Assembly (NCBI GenBank): GCA_002269645.1
Contig: NIVC01000099.1
Span: 248,001 to 312,000 of the forward strand
DNA length: 64,000 bases
Direction: 5' to 3'
DNA from: Macrostomum lignano
Lineage: Eukaryota
The position numbers and the translations under genes were made by a program. Of this stretch, positions 60,671 to 64,000 are shown one piece after another. Under the pieces are notes generated by a model. The model was not told the DNA's origin, did no database searches, and saw nothing but the letters and a program-made list of their open reading frames with translations. How positions within the stretch are numbered: the first letter of the stretch is position 1; the number at the start of each line of letters is the position of its first letter.

Positions 60671-63600
60671 ATGCTTCCCCAGCTGGACCCGGAGCACATC
60701 ATCGCCCTGCACTGCCCGCTCTGCCCCTTCCTCACCCTGAGCGTCACCCGCCTATTTGAGCACTGCATGACGCACAATGCCGCCTGCGAATGCGCCCTGC
60801 TGCAGTGCGCCGACTGCGGCAAAGTCAGTACGCACGAGGGCCTGCTGAGGGAGCACGCAGCCGCTCTACACGCCAGCAAGCTGCAGCAGCAAGGGGCTAG
60901 CGATGAGCCGAGAAACACACATCAGAAGAGCGGCATCAAAAGGTTGTCGATTATATCTCTCAACGGCGGCGGCAGAGACTGCTCGGCTGGTGACAGGCTG
61001 TCCGTTGGCGATTCGGCTGAAGCTGGTCTGGGTTTTCAGCCGGTTGATTACCAGGTGAGATTATGTCCTCAGTTTTGATCTTCTGTTTTCTCTTTTTTCA
61101 TCAGATTTTTAGCTTGTTCGTGACCCCATATGACCCCACAAAGCTGTTTACTTCAAGTGTTTTAAGTGCCAATTTTATTTATTTTCGCGCTATTAATCGT
61201 TAGCTACAGAATTTGCATCGTAGCAACGCAGAACCCATGATCGATTGAGGATCTACTTGTGAATCCCCCCCCCCCAATGCAGGATGACTACCAGTCGCAG
61301 TTTCCCTGTCTATTTTGTGACGAGCAACTGCCGGGCCTGGCAGATCTCGAGCTGCATTGCGACGTTGCCCACGGCCTGCGCCAGATCAGCGTTAAAACTA
61401 TGCACAATCGGCTGCAACGTCTGGTTGCTAAGGCGTTGCTAGGGCCGAGTCCACCGCAATTGGGTGGCTTTTTGGCCGCTGCTGCTGCGGCCGCCGCTGA
61501 AGCTACGGCCGCTCCGCAGGCGCAAACCCAACCAACCGTGTTGGAGTCGAACTATTCAAGACAGCAACTTGGTACGCGAGCAGCTCTGCACATCTGCATT
61601 TATCGTACTGCTTTCTGGGGTTACTTCCCGTCATTCTTGCCTACTAACTAGCTAATTATAGACACTTCCACCATATTTTCATCCTACTCTTGGTTTCGAT
61701 CGGCAAGCCATCCGCTTCCGGTTTAGATTGGCCAGCCAACCCGTTCCATCCGCTTCCGGTTTAGATTGGCCAGCCAACCCGTTCCATCCGCTTCCGGTTT
61801 AGATTGGCCAGCCAACCCGTTCCATCCGCTTCCGGTTTAGATTGGCTAGCCAAGCCGTTCCATCCGCTTCCGGTTTAGATTGGCCAGCCAACCCGTTCCA
61901 TCCGCTTCCGGTTTAGATTGGCCAGCCAAGCCGTTCCATCCGCTTCCGGTTTAGATTGGCTAGCCAACCCGTTCCATCCGCTTCCGGTTTAGATTGGCTA
62001 GCCAACCCGTTCCATCCGCTTCCGGTTTAGATTGGCCAGCCAACCCGTTCCATCCGCTAGCCAACCCGTTCCATCCGCTTCCGGTTTAGATTGGCCAGCC
62101 AACCCGTTCCATCCGCTTGCGGTTTAGATTGGCCAGCCAACCCGTTCCATCCGCTAGCCAACCCGTTCCATCCGCTAGCCAACCCGTTCCATCCGCTAGC
62201 CAACCCGTTCCATCCGCTAGCCAACCCGTTCCATCCGCTTCCGGTTTAGATTGGCCAGCCAACCCGTTCCATTCGCTTCCGGTTTAGATTGGCATAAAAT
62301 TTTCTATTCGCCACATGTTTGTCTTGTACTGTTATTTCCATTCTGAGCAGACCCCGGTCAGCAGGAGCAGCGGTCGACCAACCATCACGCTCGCCCAGGC
62401 AGGCAGCCGCATCTCCAGGTCCCGTCGGCTTCGCTTTTTCCCGGTCCGAACTGCGTTGGAGAGAACAGAGACTCGCCTGTCCTGCGGCAGGTTGGTGGCA
62501 CTTGATTTTGCTTTTTCAGTTATCAGCGAGCAACAGATACAGCTGGGCAGCCCCCTCCCAGATCCTCAGTTGCTGGGCAGCCCCCTCCCAGATCCTCAGT
62601 TGCTGGGCAGCCACCCTCCCAGATCCTCAGTTGCTGGGCAGCCACCCTCCCAGATCTTCAGTTGCTGGGCAGCCACCCTCCCAGATCCCCAATTGCTGGG
62701 CAGCCGCCTCCCAGATCCCCAGTTGCTGGGCAGCCCCCTCCCAGATCCTCAGTTGCTGGGCAGCCACCCTCTCAGATCCTCAGTTGCTGAGCAGCCACCC
62801 TCCCAGATCCCCAGTTGCTGGGCAGCCCCCTCCCAGATCCTCAGTTGCTGAGCAGCCCCCTCCCAGATCCCCAGTTGCCGGGCAGCCACCCTCCCAGATC
62901 CCCAGTTGCTACGTAATTGAATAGTCGCTCGCAATTCTTAGAAACCGACTGGCAGGGAAAATCTGGGCGATTTTCTTTTGTTTGCAGGATTTTTGCTTTC
63001 TTGAAGATTTAGCTTGCATTAAAAATCAGCTGCGTCCCAAATTTACTTTCACCCTGACGCCCGATCGCCTTTTCTGTCGCCGCCTCTGCGCAGGGTAAAC
63101 CTTGCATTTCTCCCACAAATATGATTAAGCCTGGGTAATAAATAAATCCTGCTTATCTGCGCCTATTCAAATACTGTAAAGAATTAATTGGCTTATTTGC
63201 CTGGATTGGCTCTGAGAGACAGTAGGTGGCTTTTGACTCCAGCTCGCACCTGCTCCCTAACTCCGTGCTTCGGAGCGATGGCCCAGTCCCAGTCGCAGTG
63301 CCTCTCTGCCGAATCAATGTTTAGTTTATAGCTTTTTGCCTTTTCTACCGCTTCGGATTCTAGTACTAAGATTTTCTACATTATTTGAAGCTATTTCAAC
63401 GCAACAAAGTAGCTGGGGTCCTTTAGAGCGCTTTTGATCTTAGACATTCGCTTTGCTATAAGTTCGTAGAGGGTTTAGGCCTGCCCTGCCGCAAATCAAG
63501 ACGGACTTCACGCACGCGGATGCCTCACTCGTTTGACGGTTGAATGAGCCTTCAAGCGATCTAGCACAAGTTCAAGGTTCAATTTACAAGCTGACGCTCT

Positions 63601-64000
63601 TGAACTGCTTTTCCGTTAGGCTCCACCAGCCTCTGCTCCCGTCGCCAAGCGGATGAAGCTGGAGCCGATTCATCGCCAATCGCCAGATCAGCCGACGCCC
63701 TCAAGCGACATCTTCGATGTCACCGACGACTCCACGTCGCTGATGCCGACTATCGTATCACCGCCGGCGCCGCTGTCTGCGTCTTCTTTGAGTTTCCTAA
63801 CCGCACCCCGCGGCGCCGGCGCCAACTCGCTGATGACGGCTGGCGGCGGCGGTTCCGCGGGTCGGCCGTCGCTGCAGCCTCTCGGCGCCCGCCTGGCGGA
63901 GCTCGGCGGTGAGCTGCTGGAGGACCAGCCGCCCTATAGCACCCGCTGCACCTATTGCAGCCGGGTGGTCCGTCTGAGCAGCCGGAGCTGCACGAACTTC
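60671..64000 (+). CDS. C2H2 zinc-finger protein, 3'-truncated by the window edge
   Basis: Exons 60671 (or 60563)-61054, 61283-61571, 62351-62418, 63620->64000 (phases 0, 1, 0). Fingers CPLC..EHCMTH, CADC..EHAAALH, CLFC..LHCDVAH, CTYC; NLS-like PVAKRMK. Last exon open to the edge and absent from the ORF track. Confidence 0.78.
61708..62295 (+). repeat. 38-bp minisatellite in zinc-finger gene intron 2
   Basis: Unit CATCCGCTTCCGGTTTAGATTGGCCAGCCAACCCGTTC, with internally deleted variants. Confidence 0.95.
62542..62910 (+). repeat. ~30-bp minisatellite in zinc-finger gene intron 3
   Basis: Unit GCTGGGCAGCC(A/C)CCCTCCCAGATCC(T/C)CAGTT. Confidence 0.95.

Overview
Eukaryotic (metazoan) genomic DNA with spliceosomal GT-AG introns, not prokaryotic. 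GC-rich exons, minisatellite-filled introns and many DNA transposons suggest a free-living flatworm such as Macrostomum (inference only). Eight spliced genes were reconstructed by hand with phase-consistent junctions: a divergent Na+/K+-ATPase beta-subunit-like gene; a CAP59/GT69-like glycosyltransferase; a selenoprotein W with an in-frame UGA and a candidate extended SECIS (missed by the ORF track); BTBD9 and REEP5/DP1 head-to-head; an LRR type-I membrane protein; an EndoU-family nuclease; and a C2H2 zinc-finger gene running off the right edge. Mobile DNA: three decayed mariners, a piggyBac remnant, Harbinger-, hAT- and Mutator-type non-autonomous elements (one nested), SINE fragments and a Helitron-like tail. 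There are about 18 minisatellite arrays. Most notable: (i) arrays whose units copy splice junctions or form complete GT..AG mini-introns, (ii) the hidden selenoprotein, (iii) CpG-depleted AT-rich domains, with catalytic Asp->Asn changes at probable ancestral CpGs in all three mariners. Most long ORFs in the track are repeat artefacts.
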